Origin: Lama guanicoe | Taxonomy: Eukaryota | Assembly: GCA_013239625.1 (NCBI GenBank) | Contig: MU054220.1 | Coordinates: forward strand, 310,001 to 374,000 | Direction of reading: 5' to 3' | DNA length: 64,000 bases | In this document: one piece after another, positions 24,719 to 37,623 of the stretch | Layout: the number at the start of each line of letters is the position of its first letter | Position numbering within the stretch: position 1 is the stretch's first letter | The notes under the pieces: model-generated | Seen by the model: the letters and a program-made list of their open reading frames with translations, nothing else | What the model was told of the DNA's origin: nothing | Databases searched by the model: none | Made by a program: the position numbers and the translations under genes

Positions 24719-25069
24719 CAGAAAGCGTTCCAAGATTCACCCAAATCTCCAATTACAAACTCTAGGAACCTGCAAAACCTTGGCAGCACGTACATAACTT
24801 TTCACACAAGGCATTTTATCAAACACTTGTTTTTCACACAGCCAAATGTGTTCCATAGCCCAAGATATAAGAAAACATTTAAAAGTTTCAAGATTGTTTC
24901 AAAATAATAGTTGGACCACTGTCCAACTATTTGGAGTTTGGAGTTAATGCTAAAATGGGTTGTATTGTGTTGTCTTAACGGATATAGTACATACCTCAGA
25001 AGTATGTGTGTGTGCGTGTGTGTGTGTGTGTTCATGTGTAAACTATGTCATTTACAAGGGTATATTACT

Positions 25070-25280
25070 GGATTAGGGTGGAAGCCAGATTCCTTTGGTT
25101 CATATGCTAGCCTTGTACCTAACTAGTGAGTTGTATTTTGAACAAGTTACTTAATTTTTCTCTGCCTCAATTAACTGATCTGTAAAATGGGGAGAATATT
25201 GTGCCTTCAGCATGGATTGCTGCATGTTTAAATGCTGAGGATAGTACCTGAACCATTTCAAGTACTTTATAGTTGTTAAA
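25070..25280 (+). mobile_element. MIR
   Basis: aacaagttacttaatttttctctgcctcaattaactgatctgtaaaatgggga. Confidence 0.75.
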
Positions 25281-26039
25281 TATATATATGTATATATTTA
25301 ATTAAAGTGCATATAGCACAGTAAGATGGTGAGAGGCAGGGACATTAGGAAAGCTACAATACAAAGTCAAATACATTTTCTTAAGTGCAGTTTGAGAATA
25401 TATTGAAAATCTATACCTAATCTACTCCAAAGTAATTTGGAAGCATTTCCTAAGTAGCAGCTTGAAAAAATATAGGTTAATTGCAAGGCAAAATATTTGT
25501 GTTCCTCCCTATCTTTTATTTTTAATATATTAAAATTACTGAAAGTGCAGAACATCCTTCTCTGACATCTCAGAAACATGATCAGCTACCTAATAAGTAA
25601 CCTGTGTCTTCAGGGACAAATCAACTCACATGACACTGGGAGGCACCACATGGAGAACATGCATTTGAAGACTGAACTTAGAGGACATATGTCATCACAA
25701 AACATATTTCCATAGCTGATGCTTTTTCTGTATATTATGTATTAAATTATTTAATTTCCATTTGTATATCTTTTATGGTGAGGTACCTGTTCAAGTCATT
25801 TCCCCATTTTTAGTTCCGTTGTGTTTCTATTATTTATGAGAATGCTTTGTATATTCTGGCTGCAAATTCTTTGTCAGGTATATGGTTTGCAAATAGTTTC
25901 TTCAGTTTAGCTAGCTAGCTAGCATCTATCTATATTACACAATAGTACATAGTAGTAATAATGATTTTATAAAATCATATAATGGTAATAAATGACTAGG
26001 GAAAACATTTCTCTCTGATTATCTTTTATTCATACTGCT

Positions 26040-26480
26040 TCAGTTATCTTTTGTGACACAAACACTATCCCAAAATGTCTTGGTTTAAATAATAAACACT
26101 GGGCTACAGTCTACCTTTCTCACGTTGACTGAGGAGGTCACATGGTCTGCAAGAGAGGCTGTGCTGTGCTGGACAGTCTCTACAATGGCACAGGCATAAA
26201 AACAGCTACAAGAGTTGATTCAACTGGTCCCCTTTCTCTGTCCGTTTAGTCTCGTGGCCGTTCACATGGTCTACCCAGAAAATTAGTTGGAATTCTTACG
26301 TGGCAGTTCATGGCTTTCAGGAACTGTCTTCGTAAAAGCTAGACTCAGTGTATAATTTTCATACCAACCTCTGTGGTTATAGCCACTAAAGGCCAGTAGC
26401 AGTTCAAAGAAGGTATAAGTAGTCACTGTCTAAGGAAAATGTGTTAAAAAGAAAAAAAGTGCCGCCATCTTTAATCAGCC
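26040..26480 (-). mobile_element. MLT1-type LTR remnant, duplicated at ~36590-37030, ~47290-47740 and partly ~55050-55230
   Basis: Decayed MaLR phrases (ttcttacgtggcagttcatggctttcag; gccatctttaatc) in each unit. Confidence 0.5.
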
Positions 26481-27329
26481 AAACTATCATCAACCCGTTG
26501 CAGAACTCTATTTTATATATTCCAGGTGTTTTAATGTATAGCTTCTTAATAGTTTAGGTAAATTAATGACTGTGTGTGTGTGATCTGTTATTTTTTGCTG
26601 TGCACGTACTTAGCAAACCCACTGAAGGAAGCGGCATTTGAACGGCGCGCATACAGAAAGGAGAGTGAAGACACACTTAGCATCCAGGTCACTAGGTCCA
26701 GGACCTTCGGAAGTACGCAAATGAGACCAGATACCAAGATGATACCGAGGTTTGAGAAGTATGGAAAATGTATTGCCACCTCTTGGGAAGGATTTGGAGA
26801 GGGTATGGAAGTAAAACTTCCAGTATTTCTCAGTTTTGCAAAGAACTAATATAGGTAACAGCAAGTTAAAATTATTTTTAGAAAAAAAAAAGCAGAACTC
26901 TGATTTTTTTAGAAAAAGTAATATCCATGCCAAAAATCATAAATGAATCATCCTTGCACATATGAGCTATACCATTAGGGAAAATAAATCCCTCATTCCA
27001 ATGTATTTCCATTCTTTTCCCATCACCCTCCATTTCTAGTAGCTTTAAATGCTTAACAATAAATATTTAGCAAGAATTATCTTTGCAAATCTTTTGTGCT
27101 AGGGACCTTGGGGAAAACCAAAAATAGACATTGATACTCCTAAAGCCTTAAGTGTAGTAGAGATATTCTTTGATGAATAAAATAAACATAAGTCAAGAAA
27201 GAGCGCATGAAGTGTAGAGAATGTGATAGAATCATAAAGTCAGTGACATGTCCCTGGATGGGATGTGGCTGGAGGATGGGAGTAAGACAATGTTTGGTGG
27301 TGAAAATGGCCTTGAAAAAAGAATGGTTA

Positions 27330-27780
27330 CAGCATCATTATTCGTCACATCCAAAAAGTAGAAACAACCCAAATGTTCATCCAATTGATGAATAGATCAA
27401 AAACAGTTCATAAGTAAAATATGTTTTCAGCCCTAAAATGAAAAAATTTTGACACATGAAACAATATGGATGAAACTTGAAAATATTATGCTGAGTCAAA
27501 GAAAGATGATGCACACAAACCCACACATGCTTTATGATTTTGCATGTATGAAACGTCTGGGATAGGGAAACACATAAAGTAAGAATGTAAATTAGTGGTG
27601 ACCAGGGGGTAAGAGAGGGGAGAAACAGGAGTGATTGCTAACCAGTATGGGTCCCTAACTGGAGTGATGAAAATTTTCTGGAATTGGATAGTCCTGATGG
27701 CTGTAAAACCTTGAAAACATACAAAAAAAGTGTACATGTTCAAAGGATGAATTTTATAGCATATCTATTATATTAAAAAA
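27330..27780 (+). mobile_element. L1MB-like 3' fragment, paralogous copies at ~38575-39050, ~48530-48890 and ~56760-57345
   Basis: agtagaaacaacccaaatgttcatc, attagtggtgaccaggg, gatgaaaattttctggaattggatag. Confidence 0.75.
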
Positions 27781-28048
27781 TAATAATACTGAAGGGTAAT
27801 AATACTGATAAATATGGTGGTGAAGGAGAATGTTTCAAAAACAGAAGAAACAAAATAAATAATACTAAAGTGCTGGAAATGATGGAGCAAGGTTCTACTG
27901 GAATTTCATTTGATTTCTGCTTTGGCCAGAGAAGGAGATAATTGTGAAGCGTATTATAAAAATCATTTGCAGTTCCCCTTCCCTGTGATCATAATGGTTA
28001 CCAGAATGAACCAGGAAAGCACAGCTTTTCCTAAAGTTGTCTCTGAAA

Positions 28049-28212
28049 TCCTGGGGGAACATACAGAACCCGAAATATAATTAACGACATGTTTGTATAA
28101 CAACAAACCATAAAGGCAGTAGCTTCAGGGACTGAAGTCCCAAAAGTAGCCGGTAAAATAAAATGCCACCCGCCCACTCTTCAGCGACCCAGACCTCCTC
28201 ATCTCAGGTGGG
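28049..28212 (+). promoter_or_regulatory. Candidate promoter/exon 1 of OR5W copy A
   Basis: TCCTGGGGGA (O/E-like), TAATTA at 28078, donor CAG|GTGGG at 28208; module present in all four units. Confidence 0.5.
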
Positions 28213-28725
28213 TTCCTGAGTCTCTAGATTTAAATACTATAGGAGATGGGGGGAAAAAGCTTACCTTTTTAGAAAAAAAAAGTGAGAGATTTATAAATGA
28301 ATCATTGATGCCTGCTTACTCCAGTTAACAAGCACTGCAATTGGAGAGTCACAAAGGACACCGTCTTCTCAGAACTGAAAGACTTCGATTTATTAGTATC
28401 CACAAAATCACATGGAAATAATTATTCTCATCTAGTTTACTGTGAAGACTTTGCTTCTGTTCTCACTGGGTAAGTATCAATGCAAGTTTAAGGGGTCTTG
28501 CTGTTGTTGTTTTAATTCAAAAGTCGTTGAGGTTCCACATTACAAATACCAACGTGTGAAAATCGGACCATCATGGGAACCATAGGTCCTGTTTATTAAA
28601 GTACAAAAATATACCCATCACCTAATATTCCGATTCTTGTACATCCACAGAGACATACACACGTGTAAGCATATAGCACACACATAAATACACACAATCA
28701 CAAGCGTGAGAAGCCTATGTACTTC

Positions 28726-28855
28726 TTTTGTTTTTTAAATTTTATTATTGGGGGTAATTAGGTTTATTTACTTATTTTAATGGAGGTACCAGAGATTGAA
28801 CCCAGGATCTCCTGCACGCTAAACACACGCTCTACCACTGAGCTAGACCCTCCCC
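28726..28855 (-). mobile_element. Vic-1-type SINE, present only in unit A
   Basis: Reverse strand reads GGGGAGGGTCTAGCTCAGTGGTAGAGCG...GGGTTCAATCTC...aaacctaattaccccc. The site is empty in unit B (ctgtgtatcttagaagc, ~39965). Confidence 0.88.
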
Positions 28856-29693
28856 TTATTTCAGAAGCATTTACTATCCATCGTCCCATTTTCGTTTAAT
28901 AGCATAAAAGTGCTTTTAAAATCCAAAGACATGTAAAGGTACGTGCTAAACAAGGCTGTTTTCTCTTCTGTTTAGGTTTTCCTTCAACGAGTCGAGAGAT
29001 TCTACCTTTGGCATCAGACAGTTCGCGCAAATAGGTAATGGGTATTGTGGCAAAACAGTAATAAATGTCTAGAGAAAAGGTTGGTAATTCTTATTTAATG
29101 TCTCACCAAATGCTGAACACAACATAAACCAAAACCAGGAAAGATCATTATTTTCATTATGATTAGTCAACGATACGCTCATTGTCTCTGCATCTAATAC
29201 CGGCACTCAAACCAATTACGTTTTTGAGAGACAAGAATATTGTGATCACTTTCTGTATGCATCTGAACATTTTCAAGCACAGAAGATGCTCAGAGCAGTG
29301 TCTTACAGCCTGATAGGTCTCATGCTGATGTCTCTTCCCTATTGTTTTGAAGAGAAGAAGAGAAACAAATTTATCCAAACCTACTCCATGAAATAAGGAA
29401 ATTAAGACTCCGAGAAGGGCTTGTAGAAAGTAACACACCTCATGAATGACACGCAGATTTAGATCACAGTTTCCCTACTGTCTACCCGGGACAGTTTTAC
29501 TTAGCACGGACTAGACAGCAATGCCTCTTTAATGCACGGGTGTAGGACTGGGTAATTTTCTGTGTATGAAAAGACAATTACACGAAGAAGTCGTGTTCTA
29601 CTTCACAATGTTGTGCGGATGTCTGGAAATGTTACACATACATGTATCATTTTCTCAGAATTTTCTCAAAAGCTTGGACAAGAACCTTGAAGA

Positions 29694-30626
29694 ATGGATA
29701 GAGGGAATTGTTCATCCTTGACTGAATTCATTTTCTTGGGAATCGCTGACAACACTGAAAACAAAGTGACCCTATTCACCATGTTTCTACTTGTTTATCT
29801 CCTTAGTCTCCTGGCCAATCTTGGAATGATCATCCTAATTAGACTGGATTCCAAGCTGCACACACCCATGTACTTTTTCCTCAGCCACCTCTCTTTCTGT
29901 GACCTCTGCTATTCCACAGCAATTGGCCCCAAGATGCTGGTGGACATATTTGCCAAGAACAGATCAATCCCCTTCCTTGGCTGTGCCCTGCAGTTCTTGG
30001 TCTTCTGCATCTTTACAGATTCTGAGTTTGGACTGCTGGCCGTGATGGCCTATGACCGGTACAAGGCCATCAGCAACCCCCTGCTCTACACAGTCAGCAT
30101 GTCCGGCAGCCTGTGCTCCCTGCTCGTGGCGGGGGTGTACCTGGTGGGGATGGCGGATGCTTTGATACACACGACGTTAGCCTTCCGCTTATGTTTCTGT
30201 GGCTCAAATGAGATTAACCATTTCTTCTGTGATGTTCCTCCTCTCCTATTGCTGTCTTGCTCAGATACAGACGTCAATGAGTTGGTGATATTCACTGTTT
30301 TTGGCTTCATTGAACTGAGTACCATTTCAGGAGTCCTTGTCTCTTACTGTTATATTATCTTATCAGTGTTGAAGATCCACTCTGCTGAGGGGAGGCTCAA
30401 AGCTTTCTCCACCTGCACCTCCCACCTAACTGCTGTGGCCATTTTCCAGGGGACTCTGCTCTTCATGTATTTCCGGCCGAGTTCTTCCTACTCTTTGGAT
30501 CAAGACAAAATGATCTCATTGTTTTACACCCTAGTGATTCCCATGTTAAACCCTCTGATTTACAGCCTACGGAACAAGGATGTAAAAGAGGCCTTGAAAA
30601 AACTGAAAACTGAAAGGTGGTTTTAA
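29694..30626 (+). CDS. Olfactory receptor OR5W2-like, copy A, intact, 310 aa
   Basis: [47 protein letters not shown] and SSYSLDQDK as in recalled OR5W2. Acceptor ttttctcag ends at 29658. Confidence 0.95.
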   Translation: MDRGNCSSLTEFIFLGIADNTENKVTLFTMFLLVYLLSLLANLGMIILIRLDSKLHTPMYFFLSHLSFCDLCYSTAIGPKMLVDIFAKNRSIPFLGCALQFLVFCIFTDSEFGLLAVMAYDRYKAISNPLLYTVSMSGSLCSLLVAGVYLVGMADALIHTTLAFRLCFCGSNEINHFFCDVPPLLLLSCSDTDVNELVIFTVFGFIELSTISGVLVSYCYIILSVLKIHSAEGRLKAFSTCTSHLTAVAIFQGTLLFMYFRPSSSYSLDQDKMISLFYTLVIPMLNPLIYSLRNKDVKEALKKLKTERWF

Positions 30627-31269
30627 AGGTGTATATTATACACACACAGACACATTGTTTGCTGTTTTTGTAAAACCAAGTTACATGATACAAAGCGAAG
30701 ATGTCTTAAATACTTTAGATTAATGAATATTTGTTATGAAGCCCAATTTTAAGAAATGTTACAGTTCCCAAACAGAGTGTGCTTCATTATGTGTCCACAA
30801 TTTACAGAAAGCCCCTCTTCTGTTTTTAAAACTTTTCAGGAGTTCGTTTATTTTGCCCAAAGTTCATTGTTCATTCTTTTATTCAAACAACTTTTCTATC
30901 ATCCAAATATTTATTGTGTGTTTATTGAGAGATTTTTAAATAGTTAGGTCCTTTGAATGTTATGGTACACAATGGAATTCCTGAACTAATGAATATAAAC
31001 TAGTGCTAAGAATCAGCGTTAACTAAACAGCCAAATAATTCATAATACGTCTCAAACTCATCATAAAATAAAAAAATACATGAGAGCTATAAATCCAAAG
31101 TAAAATTTCAAAAATTAGAAAAATTTTACCTCTTTTGGGTAGAGATATTCAAGCTCAAATCTAAAACGATTTCAAATTTGAGGTGAAAAGAATGCTAGTA
31201 GGCAGAGGATGTGCCAGTGAGGAAGGTCCTGAGTGGACAAGCCCAGGTCTTCTAGAAGCAGAGGCTCCA

Positions 31270-31730
31270 CGTTTGCCACAACACGGGAGGACGCTGAAGT
31301 CATTATGTTAAGTGAAGTAAGTCAGACAGAGAAAGGTAAGCACTCTAGGATCTCATATATATGTTGAATCTAAAAAGATTAGACTCATAGGAATAGAGTG
31401 TAGGTTGGTGGTTGCCGGGGGCTTGAAGGTGGAGGAAACAGGAGATGTTCAAATTGCATGAACTTTTTATTATATGGTCAATAAGCTGCAGTCATTTAAT
31501 AGCCAGGTGACTCCACACTGCATTGTAAACTTGGAATTCACTAACAGTAGATCTTAAACGTTCTCATCACACACACACTAAAAATGGTAACACTGTGAAG
31601 TAAAAAATGTGTTAAGTAACCTTACTGTGGGAATCATTTCATAATGTATGCATTTATCACATCATCACATTGTATAAGTTATAGACTATTTGTCAATTTT
31701 ATGTGAGTAAAGCCAGGAAAAAAGAAGAAA
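31270..31730 (+). mobile_element. L1MA/MB-like 3' fragment downstream of the CDS, paralogous copies at ~42355-42750, ~52120-52600 and ~62555-63030
   Basis: cattatgttaagtgaagtaagtcagacagag; gtagatcttaaacgttctcatcacac. Confidence 0.8.
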
Positions 31731-34189
31731 GGCATAAAAGTTGAAGTTAGAAGGACCAATGGAAGGCCCCTGGCAAAGTTCCTCTTTGTGTGTCATTATC
31801 AACTATTAATTCTTCTGTCACTTCCTCCAAGATAATTGCCTTCCCTTCTTTCCGTTTCTCAGCCCTGGTTGAATGTCCCTCTTTGTCTCTTTGTGTTTCA
31901 CAATCATCAACTTAAAGTATTATTTAAATCACCCTTTCTGTGAGAATTCTTTGCTAAAGGGCTGAGCGTTCCACCTCTGTATCCAAAACATGGCATGTTG
32001 TCTGGGAAAAATGAGAAAATAATCAAATTTAGAATAAATTAAATACACCAGATAATATTCTTAAGTGTTAGTTATAACTCATGAACACAATGTTAACGGA
32101 GTGATGGTATCCCTTAAAGTTATATGTTTATATATTTCTGTATATAATACAGTGTGTATATGTGTGTGTGTGTGTGTATACACAACACTTTTTGGGATTG
32201 TACATGAAGTGGTGGAGACACTAACATAATGGATCTATAAAGATATGCATATCAATTACACCACGAGTAAAGAGATGTATGATTTTGGAATTTGACTATT
32301 TCATCAGACTTTGATCTTGTTTCCTGAAGGCTAAAGCACTGAACCTGGTTTGCTGAGAAAGTGTGGACGTGGCCATATATTTGAAAAATCATATAAAACT
32401 GAAGGACATTCTTAATCGTCCATCACAATTGTGAAAGCTAAAAGCCACTGATGGTTTTAGGTTTTCCAGCTGCCACTGTGAAATATCTCTTTGTGAAAGT
32501 ATTTTTCAATGAAAGCAAAGCCTAAGAAAGTCCTCTGTCATTCAGGGTGGCGTCAGCGAGGTGCTATGTCATGTTAGGAAAAGATCTCATGGTAGGAAAA
32601 GCCTACAAATAATTCTTATTTTATATAAAAGTTGTTTTAAGTCTCACTCCAGCATATTTCATCAATTCTCCCAAACTCTTTAGGAATTGGGGCTTATGAG
32701 CAACTATAACATGGCAGAAGAACACTGTCTGAAACATACTAAAGTCCAAGCAAAATAGGCTGTGAAGAGATTGCCATGAATTTAAAGATTATAACATGTT
32801 ATTCAAGTAACCATTTCCATCATATAAATGACATTTATTACATCTAAAGACCGATTTGATCTAAATATTGGCCCGTTTTATTACATCAAGTTGTAAGCTG
32901 CAAATAACCAATTATGGAAGTATTTTTAAATAATTCATAGCTCAAATAAAAGTTTGAGCAGGTATGTGTAATAACTTCTCTATCTTGGGATTCTATAAAA
33001 CAGGAAAACCACACTAAAGACTTGGATGCTTTCTAACCTGCCTACTTCACTCCTCATTAGTGTACTTTCTTCTCAGTGTCTCCACATCACATCCTTCTCA
33101 TACACCCACCCCTGTCTGATGGCAAATATTGTCCAAATGCAACATCACCAATGACCTTGTGTAGTGGGTTCATACTGCAGGCAAGTTCCTATATCCTGAC
33201 CTCTTCCTACATCAGAGCCATTGAAATACTTAAGAATAAATGTGGCATAACAATGGTAGATGTGAGTCCATGTCTAAGGCAGAGAACAGAAAGATACAGT
33301 CAGGTGATAGGTATGTGGTCAGTATAACTAGTTTTGTGAAAACTAGAGTAGCAATGATGTTCAATAACCCGCTAAGTAGGACTTCTGTGCTAAAGTCAGA
33401 GACAGCAACTTTTAACCTCCCCCCATCTCTCTCTTGAGGACCGTGCTGGGAACCAGGTAGCACGGCCACTCTAAATTTAACTCATCCCTCTTCCTTTCTA
33501 TCCCTCAGATCCCCTATGAGAAATGGACTTCACCTAGATTACCTGTGAGGTCCTTTCCCACTGGTGCAATCTGTCTCTGTAAAATATGACTTGATAGCTC
33601 TGTAAATCCATCCAAAAGGATTTGAAAAATTAAAAAAAAAAGAATCACTTCACCTTCAAAGAAAAAATTATCCTGTACATCTAGGCTGTTTTACCCTGAA
33701 ATAGTGGTGACATGAAACCATCTAGATAGTATGATTCAAATAGTCAAACACCCTCAAACATGGTCTTTTTGAGGGGCTGATTTTCAAATTCAGAATCTCA
33801 TATACTCATCACAGAAAAGGATATCCAACTTTATTAGCTTTCAGTAAATAAAAATTAAATAAAAAGCTAACAGTAAGAAAAGTAGTATCTAAAAAACAAT
33901 GAGATATAAATAATTGAATTATCAGTTGTTGGTGACAATGTGAAACAACCATGGCTTTTACACTTTAACACTAGAATGAGACTGTCACTGCTCTTTGTAA
34001 AACTCTAAGCTGAGTTCACTAGAGCTGGACATATAATTACCCTCTGACTCAAAAGTGCCATTGTTAGAATTAAACACAAGAGAATTGAACGAATATGACC
34101 TCCCAAAGACATGCACAAACATATCCTCCATTGCATTATTTGCAGTAATACAGACCCAAAAACTCAGATTTTTCCAACACATTAGATCA

Positions 34190-34370
34190 CGATTCGACAA
34201 AGTTTTCCTATGTGTTAAATGGCATATATGTTAGGGTTCTTAGCCTATATACTCTGTCACATCCACTGTGGCTTGCCCTGTGTCACAAAAGCAGTCATGA
34301 ATATTATGTAAACAAACAGTGTGTCCCAGCTCCAGGAAAGTTTAAGGGCCGATTTTACTGATCACTTTTC
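34190..34370. mobile_element. MER58A-like hAT MITE within an old L1ME fragment (paralogue ~45197-45380)
   Basis: ctctgtcacatccact...aaaagcagtcatgaatattatgtaaacaaac resembles the recalled MER58A consensus. Confidence 0.6.
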
Positions 34371-35274
34371 TGAATTAAATAACTATATGTTGCTTGTACC
34401 TAGGAAATCTACAGAACAATGAGGATGGATAGACTACTTTGACGTACAAAAGTACAGAGAAATTTCACAGCAATAATACTGAGTAAAAGAAATCATATAT
34501 AAAAGTGTAAAAGATGTATAATTTTTCTACTATATAATTAAAAAACATCAACTAATGTTATCACGTTGGGCATCCATTTGTGATGGGTGCAGGAATAATT
34601 TGAGAGGCTAGTCATGATCTTTTTTGGTTTGGCTCTAGATGCAGGATTCTTTCATTTCTAAAAATTAATGTTTTTAGATGAAAGTTTTCTGTATGTGTAT
34701 TACACTCAAAAAAGGATTTCTATAAACAAAGTATATTCACCACCAGATTGTAAGCAACTGTTAATTTTTGTTTTTTTAACCTAACAGTTTCTTGTACAAA
34801 ATAAGTGTTGGTTACATATTTGGGAAATTGATGTAGTGCATCGTTTCATGGAGTGTCTCAGCACATAATTAACCTCTGTGTTACTATTAGTGCTGCCGTT
34901 TGTAGAACAACACCGTCATTGTCCAGCCACTGATGCTCCTAGTCATTGTCCCAGCAGCAGGGAGACATAAGGAACTCTGGTGCCCCAACACGCAGTGAAC
35001 TCTGTGTCACAAGACTCCGAGCTTTAGGAACAGAAAACTAGATTCTGAGGAAGGTACTTTTCTGGGTAGACATTTGCCAACACAAAATTGTTTTAGTGTC
35101 ACCAGGGACACCAGGAAAATACTAAACACAATTTCTTTTTCTCACTTACTGTATCTGAGGAATACATTTTTTCCCTAAGGCATGTTTTTCAATTATTTAA
35201 GATCTATATTTTTTTTTATGAAAATGCAATCCCACTGGGAGGTACTTTAGGTTCTTCAACTTAAAATAATAATG

Positions 35275-35572
35275 AGACTCACAGACATAGAAAACAAACG
35301 TACGGTTACCATGGGGAAAAGGGGGTGAGGAGGGATAAATTGGGAGATTGGGATTTGCAGATACTGACTGGTATATATAAAATAGATAAACAATAAGTTT
35401 CTTCTGTATACCACAGGGAACTATAGTCAATATCTTGTAGTAACTTACAATGAAAAGGAATATGAAAAGGAATATATGTATGTACATGTATGACTGAAAC
35501 GTTATGCTGTACACCAGAAGTTGACACAACCTAGTAAACTGACTATGCTTCAATTAAAGAAAAATGTCCTTA
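35275..35572 (+). mobile_element. Young camelid-type L1 3' end, specific to unit A
   Basis: agactcacagacatagaaaacaaac...gactatgcttcaattaaa; TSD aaaataataatg/aaaaaaataatg; empty site at ~46292 in unit B. Confidence 0.88.
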
Positions 35573-37623
35573 AAAAAAATAATGTAGCTGAAACTCAAGT
35601 TTAAAGTTTTGGGTGGGGGTGGATTGAAGGGATGTTAGTCTGCTTGGCCTTGGAGAGCAGCTCTGTCACAAAGCTAGAGCCTGGTTCTGGCTGAACAAAA
35701 TGTAACCCAAGCGCAGAGGGTGTCTGCATCCCAGAAGGCAGAGAAGTGCATTAGGGAAAAATTAAAATGGACGGTAATAGAGTTGGGTGACCCGGAACAC
35801 TTCTACCTACGCTCAATATCTGTAGAAAGGTAAATAAAGTCAGTGAAACTCTTCTGTAACACAAACGCATCAGTGTATCAGTTTCCTCATTCTAACTGGT
35901 GGAAAATTATTAGCAATGATTTGTACAGTTTGAGCTTTGCCTCAATAATATTTCCACTGGAAGACATTTGGCATTTTAGTTTTGGAATCATCACACCAAG
36001 AGCGCAATGACATATAAAAAAGGCACATAAAATTGTCACTAAGAATTATTTTCCCCAAATTAAAAATGTACTAATTATATGAATTATAACTCGATGACTT
36101 TCCTAGTTTTATAGAAAAAAAAGATAAGAAAAAAACAAGAAACAAATAAGAGAAACAAATAGAAAAGCAAAACAAGCAAATAAGAAGAAAACCTGTGTCT
36201 GTTAAATCCTAAATTAGAATTCAGATGAAGTGGGAAAATTAGGTATGATTGGGTATTTTTCACTTTGGTTCATTTAACAGATGTTGTCACTTCATTCTCA
36301 TTTCCCTAATAACTAAGGATGCTGTACAAATCCTTACTGTTTATACACCTTCTTGGTGAGAGTATTTGTTTAATTCCTTTGCTCAATGTTTGTTAGGTTC
36401 TCTATTTTCTTATAATTGATGAATGTTCTTCATATATTTTAGGTACAAGTTCTTTGACAATTATACAGAGTTATAGATTTCAAATATTCTCTTCATTACA
36501 TGGATACACACACACACACACACACACACACATTAGTATAAAATAAATATCTGTAAACATAGTTTCTATCCAATTTATTTACCACAGTGATACAGTTATC
36601 TCTTGCTACACAAATAGTATTTCAAAACTACATAATTTAAAATAATGACCACTGACTCATTACTTTGTTCTTCTTCATACTGACTGAGGTGACAAGGAAG
36701 TATTCAGTGGAAAGATGGGCTAGGTTGTAAGGTCTCTCATAACTGACACAGGAGGAAAATGGCCAGAGAGATGGACTCAGATTCTCCCCTCCTCACTCCC
36801 TGGAATCTCAGAACCTGTCATATGGCGTATTCCCATGGTTGGATTTCCTACATGGTAGCTCATGGTTTTCAGATACTGGCTTCTTCAAGGCTAGACAGAC
36901 TCGGAAGTGACTTAACAATGGTTCTTCCAATTTCTGTTGGTCAAAATAGTTAAGTATGGCAAGCAATCAAAGGCAGGATAAATAAGCACTTCATCTCTAA
37001 GGAGAATGTGTACAAAGTGTAGAGTTATCATGAGCCCATTGTAGAACTCTATAATATCTAATACCAGACTTATTTAGTAACATTTTAATATTTTAATTAA
37101 ATCCGTGAACATGAACACAATCTCTTTTTAGTTTTGTTGTGCATATACTTACAAAGCCAGTGAAAGAAGCAACACTTGAACAGCGCACGTATAGAAGGGA
37201 GAGTGATAGACGTTTTAATCACTCAGGTCACGGTGAAGGAGGATTTGCTCTGAGACCTTGGGAAGTAGCCCGATCCCACCAGGTAGCAAGATGGCAGAGC
37301 AAAATTTAAGGGGTTTGGAGAAATTCATTGCTTATATGTAGGGGAGGATTTGGGGAAAACATAAAGGTGAAACTATGGTCTTTCTCAATTTTGCATCGAA
37401 CTAACATGGATAACAGTAAACAGATTCTTTTAAGAAAAAATGAAACTCTGCTGATTCAGAAAAATCATCATCAATAGACAACCTTTTGAATGAATCATCT
37501 TTGCACATAATAAGTTATATCAGTAAAAAAAATTCCCAAACCAAGTATATTTCCATTCTTTGTCCATCAATCTCCACGTTAGTAGCCAGAAATATTTAAC
37601 AATAAATGTTTAGAAAGCACTAC

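Noticed and set aside
26574..26849. Unique block with short ORFs repeated in each unit (~37110, ~47822, ~55330)
   Set aside because: Frames are not conserved between copies and unit D is split by an L1; no RNA gene or protein similarity recognised.
28770..28855. tRNA-like sequence (also ~19250-19325)
   Set aside because: It is a SINE head with a SINE tail and degenerate stems, not a tRNA gene.
30046..30090. [12 protein letters not shown] lacks the usual VAIC motif
   Set aside because: Shared by all four copies and similar to recalled human OR5W2, so it is a subfamily trait and not a sign of decay.
33076..33327. Near-identical short ORFs at 33076 and 44092
   Set aside because: GTG starts, different stops and not preserved in unit C; explained by duplication or conversion of non-coding DNA.
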